A stretch of 64,000 nt of DNA from Candidatus Hydrogenedentota bacterium (GTDB lineage: Bacteria; Hydrogenedentota; Hydrogenedentia; Hydrogenedentales; SLHB01), in contig BTVY01000007.1 in NCBI GenBank assembly GCA_045863335.1, positions 96,001-160,000 on the forward strand. Reading direction: 5' to 3'. Under the pieces are notes generated by a model, which was given only the letters and a program-made list of their open reading frames with translations, was not told the origin of the DNA and did no database searches. Made by a program: the position numbers and the translations under genes. Of this stretch, positions 55,261-64,000 are shown piece by piece; within the stretch, counting starts at the first letter, position 1, and each line of letters starts with the position of its first letter.

Positions 55261-57291
55261 TTACTCTCGCGCGCCGGTGCTCGTCATGAAGGGCACGTTC
55301 TTCCATGTTATCGGTTGGATCGGGTACCCGATGAGACGGAAACCTTGGATGTTCTGCTTCGAGATGGGCTCGGGAAACCCGAATTTCCACGTGTATTCAT
55401 GGCCGTGCCGAAGATCGTCCAAGTGAGGATCGGCGTAGGGCTCTATCGGATTGCCTTCCTGGTCTATCGCCACCACCTGGTAGTTGACCAGCGGTCCGCC
55501 CGCCGAAAACGTCAGTGTTACTTCCGGCCTTTCCTCGTGGGGGATTTCGTCGTCCGGCGTTGTATCGGGAAGCTTCCGGACCGTCGCCGTGAACTTCCAT
55601 TCCTCCATCTCAATTGCAGACGACCCGGCGTCTATGGGGATGTCCACGTGGGTATCGAGGGGTGGGCCATAGGAAACAGTAGCCGTAACGTCGGTACGAT
55701 CCGGCAACTCGAGCGCCCGATCGCTGCGAATCTGCATGATCTGAATTCGGTCTTCTGCCCTAGTGCCGGCCGGTCCGCCTACCGTTAGTACCGCGCCCGA
55801 GGAGAGATTCCCTCGGTCCAGCTTGGCGTCAAGGAGTTCATACTCGCGCAAGGTCTGGTCCTCGGGACGGAGGAGAAAGACCAAGCCGATATTGATCCCG
55901 TTTTCAGTCGCACCAAAACGCCGTTCACGAACATCCTCCCAATGCGTGCGAATAGCGTTTTCGACCCGTTGGCCCCACGCATCAGGCTCCACCCCACGAC
56001 CATCCGCGCCGATCAAAGTGGGTTCAATGCCGACCACCCCCAGAAGGTCAACCTGTAAGCCTGGCACTTCTGCGGCTGGTTCTTCGCCTGCGAGACCGGT
56101 TTCAATGGACGGGAGGACCCAATCGGGCTTGGCCGTTGCAACCCGGTTCTCGCTTCGGCCGTCGCTCGCAGGATGCGACTCGGATTCGCTCAGGTCGTCT
56201 TCCGCCGGTCGAGCATGCACCAGTTTCAGGCTACCCAATGTGACGAGCAGACCGGCGGCGACCAGCAGGTTCGCCGCAACCCAGCGGCGGGCGAGGGGTT
56301 TGGCGCCGACGCCGCGTCGGATCTTCCGGAGGCGTTGGACAATTTCGGCGCTGCGGAGCATGGGGACGCCGCCGGGGAGGGGACGCGCGTCGAGGAGGGC
56401 TAATGCTTCGCGGGCGAGCGTTTTCGAGTAGATTTCCGGGCTACCGAGGTACGCAGCCGCAACGCCATCGCACACGTCTTCGCAAGCGGCGTTATGGGTG
56501 GAGCGCATGCGCCACGTGAGCGGATGAAACCAGAGCAGCGTCGCCGTCAACTGGGCAATGGCCATCCAAAGGGGATCTCGCGTCTTCACGTGGGCCAGTT
56601 CATGGGCCAAGATCGCTTTGAGTTGTGTTGCGTCCGATTCATCGAGACATCGCGCGGGAAGCACGATAACGGGATGCCGTACCCCGGTAAGAAACGGGGA
56701 ACCGAGGCGCTCCGTGATGCGGACATCGAATTGCCCCGCCACGCCGAGTTCGCTCCCAACCCGTCCCGCGAGGGCGTGCACGTATCCGGGCGCGGTCGTC
56801 GAACCCGCAACGTTTGCTTGCACGTTGCGCCATGCGCGCACGGTACCTAACAAGAGCAGCAGAGAGACCAGGAACCAGACTGCGCCCACCATCGCTCTGA
56901 AATGGCCCGCTATCCACGCGCTGAGGGCGAAAGGTGGCGGTGCGGACTCGATGGGATGTGAATCGGCGGCGCGGAGCGGAGCTTCCACCGGCGCGAACGC
57001 TTCCGATCGCGGTGCAAACGTTTCCGCTGTGACCGGCGCAACTTGAGGTGGCGGCGCGGTCTCTTCCACGAGGGCTACCTCCAGCCGGGGCAATGCGCAC
57101 TCCGCGGCGGGCAACACGGCCAATCCCACCAAGGCCGCGCGCCAAAGGAGCACGCGCCAGCGCGGGTTGCGTCCGCGCAACGCCGCGTGAACTATCCACG
57201 CGCAGGCGAGCAGGACCGTCGCTTTCAGCAGCACGGCGGGTCCGTAGGACAACTCAATCAGCATTGCAGCCCAGTCGAACATAGCGGTCAC
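55261..57291 (-). CDS. BlaR1/MecR1-like M56 metallopeptidase with unknown C-terminal extracytoplasmic domain
   Basis: SPFLTG..HPVIVLP, ILAHELAHVK..D, LWFHPL.W and ACEDVCD motifs; GTGA overlap with blaI. Confidence 0.9.
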   Translation of the reverse strand: MTAMFDWAAMLIELSYGPAVLLKATVLLACAWIVHAALRGRNPRWRVLLWRAALVGLAVLPAAECALPRLEVALVEETAPPPQVAPVTAETFAPRSEAFAPVEAPLRAADSHPIESAPPPFALSAWIAGHFRAMVGAVWFLVSLLLLLGTVRAWRNVQANVAGSTTAPGYVHALAGRVGSELGVAGQFDVRITERLGSPFLTGVRHPVIVLPARCLDESDATQLKAILAHELAHVKTRDPLWMAIAQLTATLLWFHPLTWRMRSTHNAACEDVCDGVAAAYLGSPEIYSKTLAREALALLDARPLPGGVPMLRSAEIVQRLRKIRRGVGAKPLARRWVAANLLVAAGLLVTLGSLKLVHARPAEDDLSESESHPASDGRSENRVATAKPDWVLPSIETGLAGEEPAAEVPGLQVDLLGVVGIEPTLIGADGRGVEPDAWGQRVENAIRTHWEDVRERRFGATENGINIGLVFLLRPEDQTLREYELLDAKLDRGNLSSGAVLTVGGPAGTRAEDRIQIMQIRSDRALELPDRTDVTATVSYGPPLDTHVDIPIDAGSSAIEMEEWKFTATVRKLPDTTPDDEIPHEERPEVTLTFSAGGPLVNYQVVAIDQEGNPIEPYADPHLDDLRHGHEYTWKFGFPEPISKQNIQGFRLIGYPIQPITWKNVPFMTSTGARE

Positions 57292-57674
57292 CTCTTACGG
57301 CGTTTACTCGCGGCGGGTTTGGAATCCGTTTGTGCGATCCGCCGGAGTTCCGTCAACTCCTGCGGCGTGAGTTTTTCAGTCTTGATGAGTTGGGCGATGA
57401 GATCCGTGGTCGAACCACCGGAAAACACATGCGCCATCTGACGCGCCATCCGCGACATCACGCCTTCGCGCGACTTCTTCGCCTTGTAGTAATAGGCTTT
57501 GCCCATCCGGCGCCGGGCCACGAGGTCCTTGTCCATCAGCACGCGCAACACCGACCGCAGCGTGCCGTTGTCGATGGGCCACGAGAACGCCGCCTCGATC
57601 TCCGGCGGCTTCTGCTCACCGTCCTCCCACAGGATTCGCAAGACTTCGAGTTCGTTCGGATTCAGCGCGTCCAT
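57288..57674 (-). CDS. BlaI/MecI/CopY family transcriptional repressor
   Basis: ELEVLRILWE, TLRSVLRVLMDKDLV.R...GKAYYY, VFSGGS and ELTELRR motifs. Confidence 0.93.
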   Translation of the reverse strand: MDALNPNELEVLRILWEDGEQKPPEIEAAFSWPIDNGTLRSVLRVLMDKDLVARRRMGKAYYYKAKKSREGVMSRMARQMAHVFSGGSTTDLIAQLIKTEKLTPQELTELRRIAQTDSKPAASKRRKR

Positions 57675-57692
57675 GGTGTCTTTCCCTTTTTA

Positions 57693-57750
57693 TTCTGTGA
57701 GTATTTCACAGAACACCGGTGATGTCAAGTTGCCTGTGAACAATTCACAG
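57693..57750 (-). promoter_or_regulatory. blaI-like promoter with two CTGTGA-N5-TCACAG operators
   Basis: Palindromes at 57693-57713 and 57734-57750; minus-strand TTGACA (57728-57723)-17 bp-AATACT (57705-57700). Confidence 0.75.
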
Positions 57751-57770
57751 TTTGGCGATTGGCGCAACAA

Positions 57771-57796
57771 TGGATTCCCGCTTTCGCGGGAATAAC
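57771..57796. repeat. ATTCCC-N8-GGGAAT REP/dRS3-like palindrome
   Basis: TGGATTCCCGCTTTCGCGGGAATAAC. Confidence 0.65.
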
Positions 57797-57831
57797 GGGA
57801 GACCGGTTATCCATACCGAACTCATTGGTGG

Positions 57832-59073
57832 CTACACGAGCTTTTGCTCCAACCACTCGAAGGCCTTGTCCTGCATGGTCGCGTTGAACTCATGGGGTCC
57901 GTCGAAGTACACGGCGGTGTAGTTCTGCGGCACGCCCGCCTTCTCGAAAATGCGTTCGAGTTTGGAAGTGGCGGCCCGGGCCGCATCCAGGGGGTAGAGT
58001 TGATCCTGTAGGCCATTGATGGTCATGAGGTGGCCGGGAACGTGAAGGCCGCCCACGTCGGGCCAGTCAAGATCGTTGTAGAGCCCGGGGACGAGTTTGG
58101 TGAACCCGATGCCGTTGCGGACGTTGTTGCGGACCATGGGCTGGTACTCGGCCATCCAGCAGACGGCAACAGACGCGCGCACGCGCGGATGAATGGCGCC
58201 GAGGAAGATGGACCGGACGGACCCGAGGCTCAGTCCGCAACACCCGACGCGTTCGGGGTCGACTTCCGGGCGCGTGAGCAGATAATCCGTCACGCGCTGG
58301 TCGTCCCACTCGTTGATGCCGGCCCAGGTCGTGCCGCAGGCGAGTGCCGTACGGCTCATCAACTCTTCATGGGCCCAGGAACGCGCGTTGAAGGCGGTCA
58401 CGTCGTCCTGCGTCACCTCGAGTGTGCGATTCTTGATGCGATCCGGGTCGTCTTCAAAATACATGGCGCGCTCGCCCCAGTGGAGCATGTCGGAGACGAT
58501 CACCACGAACCCGCGCGTGGCCAGTTCGTCCGCAATGCTGCGGCCGCTGTAGTACGTTTCCTTGAACGCAGTCAACACCGGATTCTCCGGTTCCACCCCA
58601 ACGACCTTTTCCTTGCCCCAGTAATAGAACCCGCCATGATCGTGCGGACACACGATGGCTGGCGCAGGTTTCGGCGCGTTTTTGGGTATCAGTACGTACA
58701 CGGGTATCCGGATATCCGGCGTGGTGTTGATGAGCAGGCGTTCCCGGATGAAGGCTCCGCGGTCGACCGTTTCCACCAATTCGGGATTCGGGTCGCACGG
58801 GGCAGGCTGGTAATGAAAATCTGCCAAGAGCGTGGCTCGCGCATCTTCCGCCCACGCGACAGGATCGGAATAGCGATCCTCCAGAAAGCTCATGGACGGC
58901 TTGCAACGGCCCGAAAGCTTCTCGAACAGCGGCCAATGGCTTCCCAAATCGGGATGGGGATTGGACTGCGTGGCCGGCAACTTCGACGGCGTTGCTGCGT
59001 GTACGGTGTCGCGCGCCGCAACGGTGAGGCCCGTTCCAGCGGCGGACCGAGTGATGAACTCCCGTCTGGTCAT
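57832..59073 (-). CDS. Tat-exported alpha/beta hydrolase (dienelactone-hydrolase-like)
   Basis: TRREFI Tat motif, HDHGG...GKEK, DYL.TRPEVDPERVG..GLSLG nucleophile elbow, D.LYP and GPHEF motifs. Confidence 0.85.
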   Translation of the reverse strand: MTRREFITRSAAGTGLTVAARDTVHAATPSKLPATQSNPHPDLGSHWPLFEKLSGRCKPSMSFLEDRYSDPVAWAEDARATLLADFHYQPAPCDPNPELVETVDRGAFIRERLLINTTPDIRIPVYVLIPKNAPKPAPAIVCPHDHGGFYYWGKEKVVGVEPENPVLTAFKETYYSGRSIADELATRGFVVIVSDMLHWGERAMYFEDDPDRIKNRTLEVTQDDVTAFNARSWAHEELMSRTALACGTTWAGINEWDDQRVTDYLLTRPEVDPERVGCCGLSLGSVRSIFLGAIHPRVRASVAVCWMAEYQPMVRNNVRNGIGFTKLVPGLYNDLDWPDVGGLHVPGHLMTINGLQDQLYPLDAARAATSKLERIFEKAGVPQNYTAVYFDGPHEFNATMQDKAFEWLEQKLV

Positions 59074-59310
59074 GTTTACCTCTCCTCCTCGAATACAGGC
59101 CCGTTACGCACCTGTGTGGACGTATGCAGACGTGGTCATCACGTCCCGGCAAGTGTACCGCAGGTGCCGGGCGTGCAGCCACGAACGCCGGCGTATCGGC
59201 TGGCTCGAAATCGGGGTCCTGGGGTAAGATGATGACCGTCAGGTTGTGGGTCTGGAGACCGGAGCGATACGCCGCGCCGCGCGCGGACTCTATCGAGTGG
59301 GGAGCGAGCC

Positions 59311-61341
59311 ATGGCATCACCGTCCGACCTCTACTTGCGGATCTTCGAGAGCTTGCACGATCCGATGATTTTGCTCGACCCGGCCGGAAATGTGGTACAC
59401 CGGAATCTTGCGGCGACAACGTTGTTTGCCGAAACGCCGGAAACGAATGACCGGGCCGGAGCGGATGACGCCAACCGGCACCTGCCCTCGTGGCTGGACG
59501 AAACCCTGCGAAGCCTGATGTCGGGAATCCGCAGAATGGCGGACGAGTACAAATCCGTCAAGACCCGCACTGGCACCCGTCATTTCGAGATCGAGCTGGA
59601 ACGGATCGTGGATGACCGGGGCAACTTGCAGGGTATGGCAGTCATTCTCCACGACATCACGGAGTTGAAGGAAGCGGAGAACGCGGTTCGGTATCGTAGC
59701 GAGTTCGGCCGGATTGTTTCCGAAATCTCGTCCCGGTTCGTGGGTGTGTTCCTGGAAGAATACGACGCCGTGTTGGAGGAATCCTTGCGCGGCGTCGGAC
59801 AGTTCCTGGAGGCGGACACGGCCTATGTATTTCAGTTCACGGATTCCGGGGCTCGACTCTCCATGACCCATCTGTGGGATTCGGGCGAGTTCGACGGCCC
59901 GATGGAGCGCATATCCGACCTGGATGCTGCCGCGCTGCCATGGTGGCTTGAACGGCTGCAGCACGCGGAAGTTGTGGCTCTTTCATCGCTTGCCGAGTTG
60001 CCGGCTGAGGCCGCGGCGGAGCGTGCTCTGCTGGAATCGCAGGGGGTCCATTCTCTCGTTCACGTCCCCCTGCACTACAAAGGCGAGGTGCTGGGATTCA
60101 TGGGCCTGGGCTCGGAGGTCCAGGGGCGAACGTGGACGCAGGACGAAATCAATTTGCTCAAGATCGTAGCCCAGGTCTTTACCAACGCGCTGCAACACAA
60201 GCGCGCGGAGGAAACGCTGGGATACGAGCGAAACCTGCTTCGCACCGTGGTCGACAACCTGCCGGATTACATCTACGCGAAGGATGCCAGCAGCCGCTTT
60301 GTCTTGAACAATCGCGCACACACTCGCTTGCTGCGCGCGAACGCGCCCGAAGAGGTCTTCGGCAAGACGGACTACGACATCTTTCCGCGAGGCTTGGCAG
60401 ACCAGTACTTTGCGGATGAGCAACAGGTGATTGAATCGGGACAAGCCCTGGTCAATCGCGAGGAGTCCGTGCTCACGGAGGACGGCACGCCCCGCTGGTT
60501 GTTGACTACCAAAGTACCTTGGTTTGACAAGGAGGGAAAGCCCCAAGGCATTGTCGGAATGAGCCGGGATATTACGCAGCGCAAGGAGCTGGCCCAGGCG
60601 CTGGAGTCGCACGCCCAGCTGTTGGAGCAGGCCAACGAGGAATTGCGGCTGCGCAATCAGGAACTGGACGAATTCACCTATATTGCCAGTCATGACTTGC
60701 AGGAACCCCTGCGTAAGCTCATCGCGTTCAGCGACGTGCTCCAGGAAGACATGAAGGCCGGCGACCAGAAGGAAGTAGTGCGCGACTTGGGAATCATCGC
60801 CTCCGCCGCGCAACGGATGCAGACTCTCGTCAAGGACTTGCTGGCCCTGTCGCGGTCGGGAAGGCAGAGCATGTCTTGGGAGTCAGTCGACCTGGCGGAA
60901 TGCGTGGCTCTCGTGCTGGATACCCTGGAAGTCCGCATTCGCGACGAACGGGCCGTCGTCGAGCAGGACTGCCTTCCGACGGTGATGGGTGATCGCACGC
61001 TCCTGGCCCAGTTGTATCAGAATCTGATAGGCAATGCGTTGAAGTTCCACGGTGATAAGAGTCCGGTCATCCGGTTGACTGCGGAAGAGACACCGGACGG
61101 GTGGCTATTGGGGGTATCCGATAACGGCATCGGGATCAAGAAAGAATACGCCGAGCAGATTTTTGCGCCCTTCAAACGGCTCCACGGAAGGAGCGAATAT
61201 GAGGGTACTGGCATTGGCCTCGCCATCTGCCGTAAGATTGTGGAACGGCATGGTGGTAAGATTTGGGTTGAATCGGCACCCGGAGAGGGGGCCCGGTTCA
61301 AGTTTACCCTGGACACGGAGGAGGGAGCGGCAGGCAGATGA
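59311..61341 (+). CDS. Cytoplasmic PAS-GAF-PAS sensor histidine kinase
   Basis: PAS (HDITE; KD..SRF...N; GKTDYD), GAF, H-box FTYIASHDLQEPLR, NLIGNALKF, DNGIG and GTGIGLAIC motifs. Confidence 0.94.
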   Translation: MASPSDLYLRIFESLHDPMILLDPAGNVVHRNLAATTLFAETPETNDRAGADDANRHLPSWLDETLRSLMSGIRRMADEYKSVKTRTGTRHFEIELERIVDDRGNLQGMAVILHDITELKEAENAVRYRSEFGRIVSEISSRFVGVFLEEYDAVLEESLRGVGQFLEADTAYVFQFTDSGARLSMTHLWDSGEFDGPMERISDLDAAALPWWLERLQHAEVVALSSLAELPAEAAAERALLESQGVHSLVHVPLHYKGEVLGFMGLGSEVQGRTWTQDEINLLKIVAQVFTNALQHKRAEETLGYERNLLRTVVDNLPDYIYAKDASSRFVLNNRAHTRLLRANAPEEVFGKTDYDIFPRGLADQYFADEQQVIESGQALVNREESVLTEDGTPRWLLTTKVPWFDKEGKPQGIVGMSRDITQRKELAQALESHAQLLEQANEELRLRNQELDEFTYIASHDLQEPLRKLIAFSDVLQEDMKAGDQKEVVRDLGIIASAAQRMQTLVKDLLALSRSGRQSMSWESVDLAECVALVLDTLEVRIRDERAVVEQDCLPTVMGDRTLLAQLYQNLIGNALKFHGDKSPVIRLTAEETPDGWLLGVSDNGIGIKKEYAEQIFAPFKRLHGRSEYEGTGIGLAICRKIVERHGGKIWVESAPGEGARFKFTLDTEEGAAGR

Positions 61342-61787
61342 CTGCGCAAAGGATGAAACCGGCGGTCATTCTGCTCGTGGAAGACGATCCGGATGACCAG
61401 GAGTTGACCAAGCGGGCGCTTCGGAGCAGCAAACTCCTGAATACCCTCAAGATTGTCAGCGACGGCGAGGAAGCGCTGGACTACCTGTATCAGCGCGGCA
61501 ATTACGCGAACCCCGACGAGGCCCCGCGCCCGGAGCTGATCCTGCTTGATTTGAACATGCCCAAGCTCGATGGGCGGGCCGTGCTGACTCGAATCAAGGA
61601 AGATGAGAACCTGCGCAGCATTCCGGTGGTTATTTTGACCACGTCATCGCGGGAAGAAGACGTGGCGCGGAGTTATCATCTGGGTGTGAATTCGTACATC
61701 ACGAAGCCCGTTCGCATGGAAGGATTCATCCGGGCCATTCAGGATCTGGAGCATTACTGGTTCGACCTGGTGGTACTGCCGTCCTGA
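61338..61787 (+). CDS. Single-domain response regulator (Rcp1-like)
   Basis: LLVEDD, LILLDLNMPKLDG, PVVILTTS, NSYITKP and YW C-terminus; ATGA overlap. Confidence 0.94.
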   Translation: MTAQRMKPAVILLVEDDPDDQELTKRALRSSKLLNTLKIVSDGEEALDYLYQRGNYANPDEAPRPELILLDLNMPKLDGRAVLTRIKEDENLRSIPVVILTTSSREEDVARSYHLGVNSYITKPVRMEGFIRAIQDLEHYWFDLVVLPS

Positions 61788-62941
61788 GCCGCTTGCGGCT
61801 CCACCGGCAGCGAGAAGAAAAACGTCGAACCGCCTTCTCCACGGGAATCCACCCAGATATGACCGCCGTGATACTCCACGATTTTGCGGCACAGGGCCAA
61901 GCCGATCCCCACGCCCCGAGCTGCCTGACCGTGACTGCCGCGCGCGAACATGAGGAAGATCTCGTCTGCGTCCTCTTCAGAAACACCCAAACCGTTGTCG
62001 TGGATTTCGCAAAACCACTGGTCGCCCTTGCGGGAAGCGCTGATTTCGACGCTGGGCGGACTGTCCGAGTGGTACTTCAGCGCGTTATCGACCAGGTTTT
62101 CGAACACGCCGCGCATCAGTCGCGGGTCGCCTTTGACGATGGGAAGTTCACCGACTGTCACACGGGCGCCTGCGCGCTGAATGCGATACTCGAGCGCGGC
62201 GCATACTTCCCGGGCGATTTGGGCCAAATCGATATCGCTGAACGGCTGCCGCTGCCGCCGGGTCAAGGAATAGTCCAGGACCAGTTGGACGAGCATCTCC
62301 ATGTTGCGCACTTCAAGGAAAACACAGTCCATGGAACTGGTCAACGAATCCAACATCTTCTGCGGGTCGGCGCCCATCAATTCCGGCTCGATAATGCGGA
62401 CGTGCTCGGCCAACATCCGTAATGGCTGCTGCAAGTCCCGCGCGACGATCTCCGCGAACTGTTCGAGTTCGAGATTGCTTCGATGGAGTTCCGCCGTGCG
62501 TTCCCGCACGCGGCTTTCCAGTTCTTCGTTGGCTTCACGCAAGGCCGCGCGAACGCGGTGGTTCTCGATGGCATAGCGGATCGAACGTTCGATCAGCGCC
62601 GGGGTCAGGTGAGACTTCTCAATGTAGTCGAAAGCGCCCAACTCCATCGCCTGCATGTCGACTTCGACATTGCCATGCCCGGTGAGCAGGATGACGGGCC
62701 GCTGGTATCCGCGGCTTCGCATCTCGCGGAGCAACTCGATCCCGGTGTGTTCGCCGAGTTGATAGTCCAACAGGCAGATCTCGTGGACGTCCTCCGCCAC
62801 CGTTTCGAGCGCCTTTTCAAAGGTGGACACCCAATCAACGGAGTAGGTCGCCGTGACGGCCCGGCGGAGGTATTTGTCAACGACGATGTATTCGTCTTCG
62901 TCGTCGTCGACCACCAGGACCCGTATGGTTTGCGACTTCAT
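61754..62941 (-). CDS. REC-HisKA-HATPase protein lacking the phospho-accepting His (pseudokinase)
   Basis: REC VDDD/LLDY/LLTG/IEK; H-box LEQFAEIVARDLQQPLR; NLVDNALKY, DNGLG and GVGIGLALC motifs. Confidence 0.88.
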   Translation of the reverse strand: MKSQTIRVLVVDDDEDEYIVVDKYLRRAVTATYSVDWVSTFEKALETVAEDVHEICLLDYQLGEHTGIELLREMRSRGYQRPVILLTGHGNVEVDMQAMELGAFDYIEKSHLTPALIERSIRYAIENHRVRAALREANEELESRVRERTAELHRSNLELEQFAEIVARDLQQPLRMLAEHVRIIEPELMGADPQKMLDSLTSSMDCVFLEVRNMEMLVQLVLDYSLTRRQRQPFSDIDLAQIAREVCAALEYRIQRAGARVTVGELPIVKGDPRLMRGVFENLVDNALKYHSDSPPSVEISASRKGDQWFCEIHDNGLGVSEEDADEIFLMFARGSHGQAARGVGIGLALCRKIVEYHGGHIWVDSRGEGGSTFFFSLPVEPQAAQDGSTTRSNQ

Positions 62942-63006
62942 GGATTCACTCCTAGTCATCAGTATATCAGAGCCTACCAGCACTCATGGGCGCAAATGGG
63001 TGCGCG

Positions 63007-63738
63007 TCATTTTCCGCGCTCCAGACGCCGCGCAAGCTGGGGCGGCAACCCAGCCTCGATTACGCTGCGGGCCGTCACGGCGATGTTGTACTCGACACGG
63101 CAGAACTCAAAAATGCGCTTCTCCGTTTCGTAAATTCCGAAGGCGGCGCGGGGATCGTGGTCCCGGGGTTGGCCGACGGAGCCGGGGTTGATGAAATACC
63201 GGTTATTGGAATTCAAGGTGAAACAGTTGGACTGGGTGGACTGGGGTCCGCTGCCGCGTTCGCCGAAGAGCGCCGCCCGATGGCTGTGGCCGAAGAAACA
63301 CACGCGTGCGTTGGCCCGCATGAGGTATTCGACGTACCGCATGGCGTCCAGCCAGTCGAGAATGTAGTCGTCGCGGTTACCGGGCGCGCCGTGAACCGCC
63401 AGCGTGTCCTCATCGATGCTAATCTCGCGGGGTATCGCCCGGAGCCAATCGCGGTGTTCGGGCCGCAACTGCGCCGCTTGCCAGTGAATGACCGCTTGGG
63501 CGTTCTCATTGAAGAACCAGGGTTCTTCCAGACCGCACACGGCGGCGTCGTGATTGCCCATCAACGTAGGTATGTTTCGTTCGCGAACCATGTCGATGAC
63601 TTCATTCGGGTTCGCGTAATATCCGGTGACGTCGCCGAGGCACACAACGCGCTCCGGCCGGATTTCGTCGAGTTTACGAAAAACGGCTTTCGTCGCTTCA
63701 AGGTTGGCGTGGAGATCGGCGATAATTCCTACTAACAT
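63007..63738 (-). CDS. Calcineurin-like metallophosphoesterase, paralogue of 10604-11329
   Basis: ADLHAN, LGDVTGY, GNHD, HGAP, GHSH and NPGSVGQPRDHDPRA motifs. Confidence 0.92.
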   Translation of the reverse strand: MLVGIIADLHANLEATKAVFRKLDEIRPERVVCLGDVTGYYANPNEVIDMVRERNIPTLMGNHDAAVCGLEEPWFFNENAQAVIHWQAAQLRPEHRDWLRAIPREISIDEDTLAVHGAPGNRDDYILDWLDAMRYVEYLMRANARVCFFGHSHRAALFGERGSGPQSTQSNCFTLNSNNRYFINPGSVGQPRDHDPRAAFGIYETEKRIFEFCRVEYNIAVTARSVIEAGLPPQLARRLERGK

Positions 63739-63933
63739 GGGTCCCCTGACATGGCCGCGACCGCGATCCAATGCTCCATTCGCGCATCTGGAACGAGGAG
63801 CGCGATTCCGGCTCTGCTCTCCCGCAGCACATTACGATATTATGTGAAGTCCGGGTATCAAATAAAGCCCGAATCCAAGCGGAGGGGTTAGGCAAACCGG
63901 ATGCGAGAGCGACTTCTTAGGCAGGGACGACCT

Positions 63934-64000
63934 ATGCGTGCGAAATTGTGCGGACCGGGCATCCTCGTGGCGCTGTTCCACGGTGTCGTTTTGGCGGGCG
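63934..64000 (+). CDS. Start of a probable secreted protein (truncated by window edge)
   Basis: AGGGA RBS-like element then MRAKLCGPGILVALFHGVVLAG, which resembles a signal peptide. Confidence 0.35.
   Translation, partial: MRAKLCGPGILVALFHGVVLAG

Noticed and set aside
63885-63935. GGCAAACC...GGGACG resembling a c-di-GMP-I riboswitch
   Set aside because: It lacks the P2 stem with a GNRA loop and the GCAAAGC/P3 elements.

Overview
GC-rich bacterial chromosomal window, most likely Candidatus Hydrogenedentota. This is inferred from the lineage-typical prepilin/DUF1559 protein at 20695-21714 ([25 protein letters not shown]...[15 protein letters not shown]...[19 protein letters not shown]). About 50 CDS are supportable. 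They include housekeeping genes (amrB/MEMO, Nif3, glgA, tsaE, hisB, ABC-F, hemF), a TPR-Ser/Thr kinase locus, many glycosyltransferases with a Wzx/Wzy/Wzz polysaccharide cluster, a four-subunit 2-oxoacid:ferredoxin oxidoreductase operon ending in an HdrA-like gene, an ABC exporter, Tat/secreted carbohydrate-active-like proteins, a BlaI/BlaR1(M56) pair and a two-component cluster. I found no rRNA, tRNA, CRISPR array, transposase, integrase or phage gene. The most notable observations are: (1) the korDABC-coupled HdrA homologue has lost its FAD-proximal Fe-S motif and both terminal Fe-S domains; (2) a REC-histidine kinase whose phospho-His is replaced by Arg converges on an intact kinase/Rcp1-type regulator pair; (3) two apparently catalytically eroded glycosyltransferase homologues sit upstream of the TPR kinase; (4) about eight unrelated REP/MITE-like palindromic or short-period repeat families fill the intergenic spaces with no cognate transposase; (5) twin CTGTGA-N5-TCACAG operators overlap the blaI promoter. 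All family calls come from motif recognition by eye, not from database searches.
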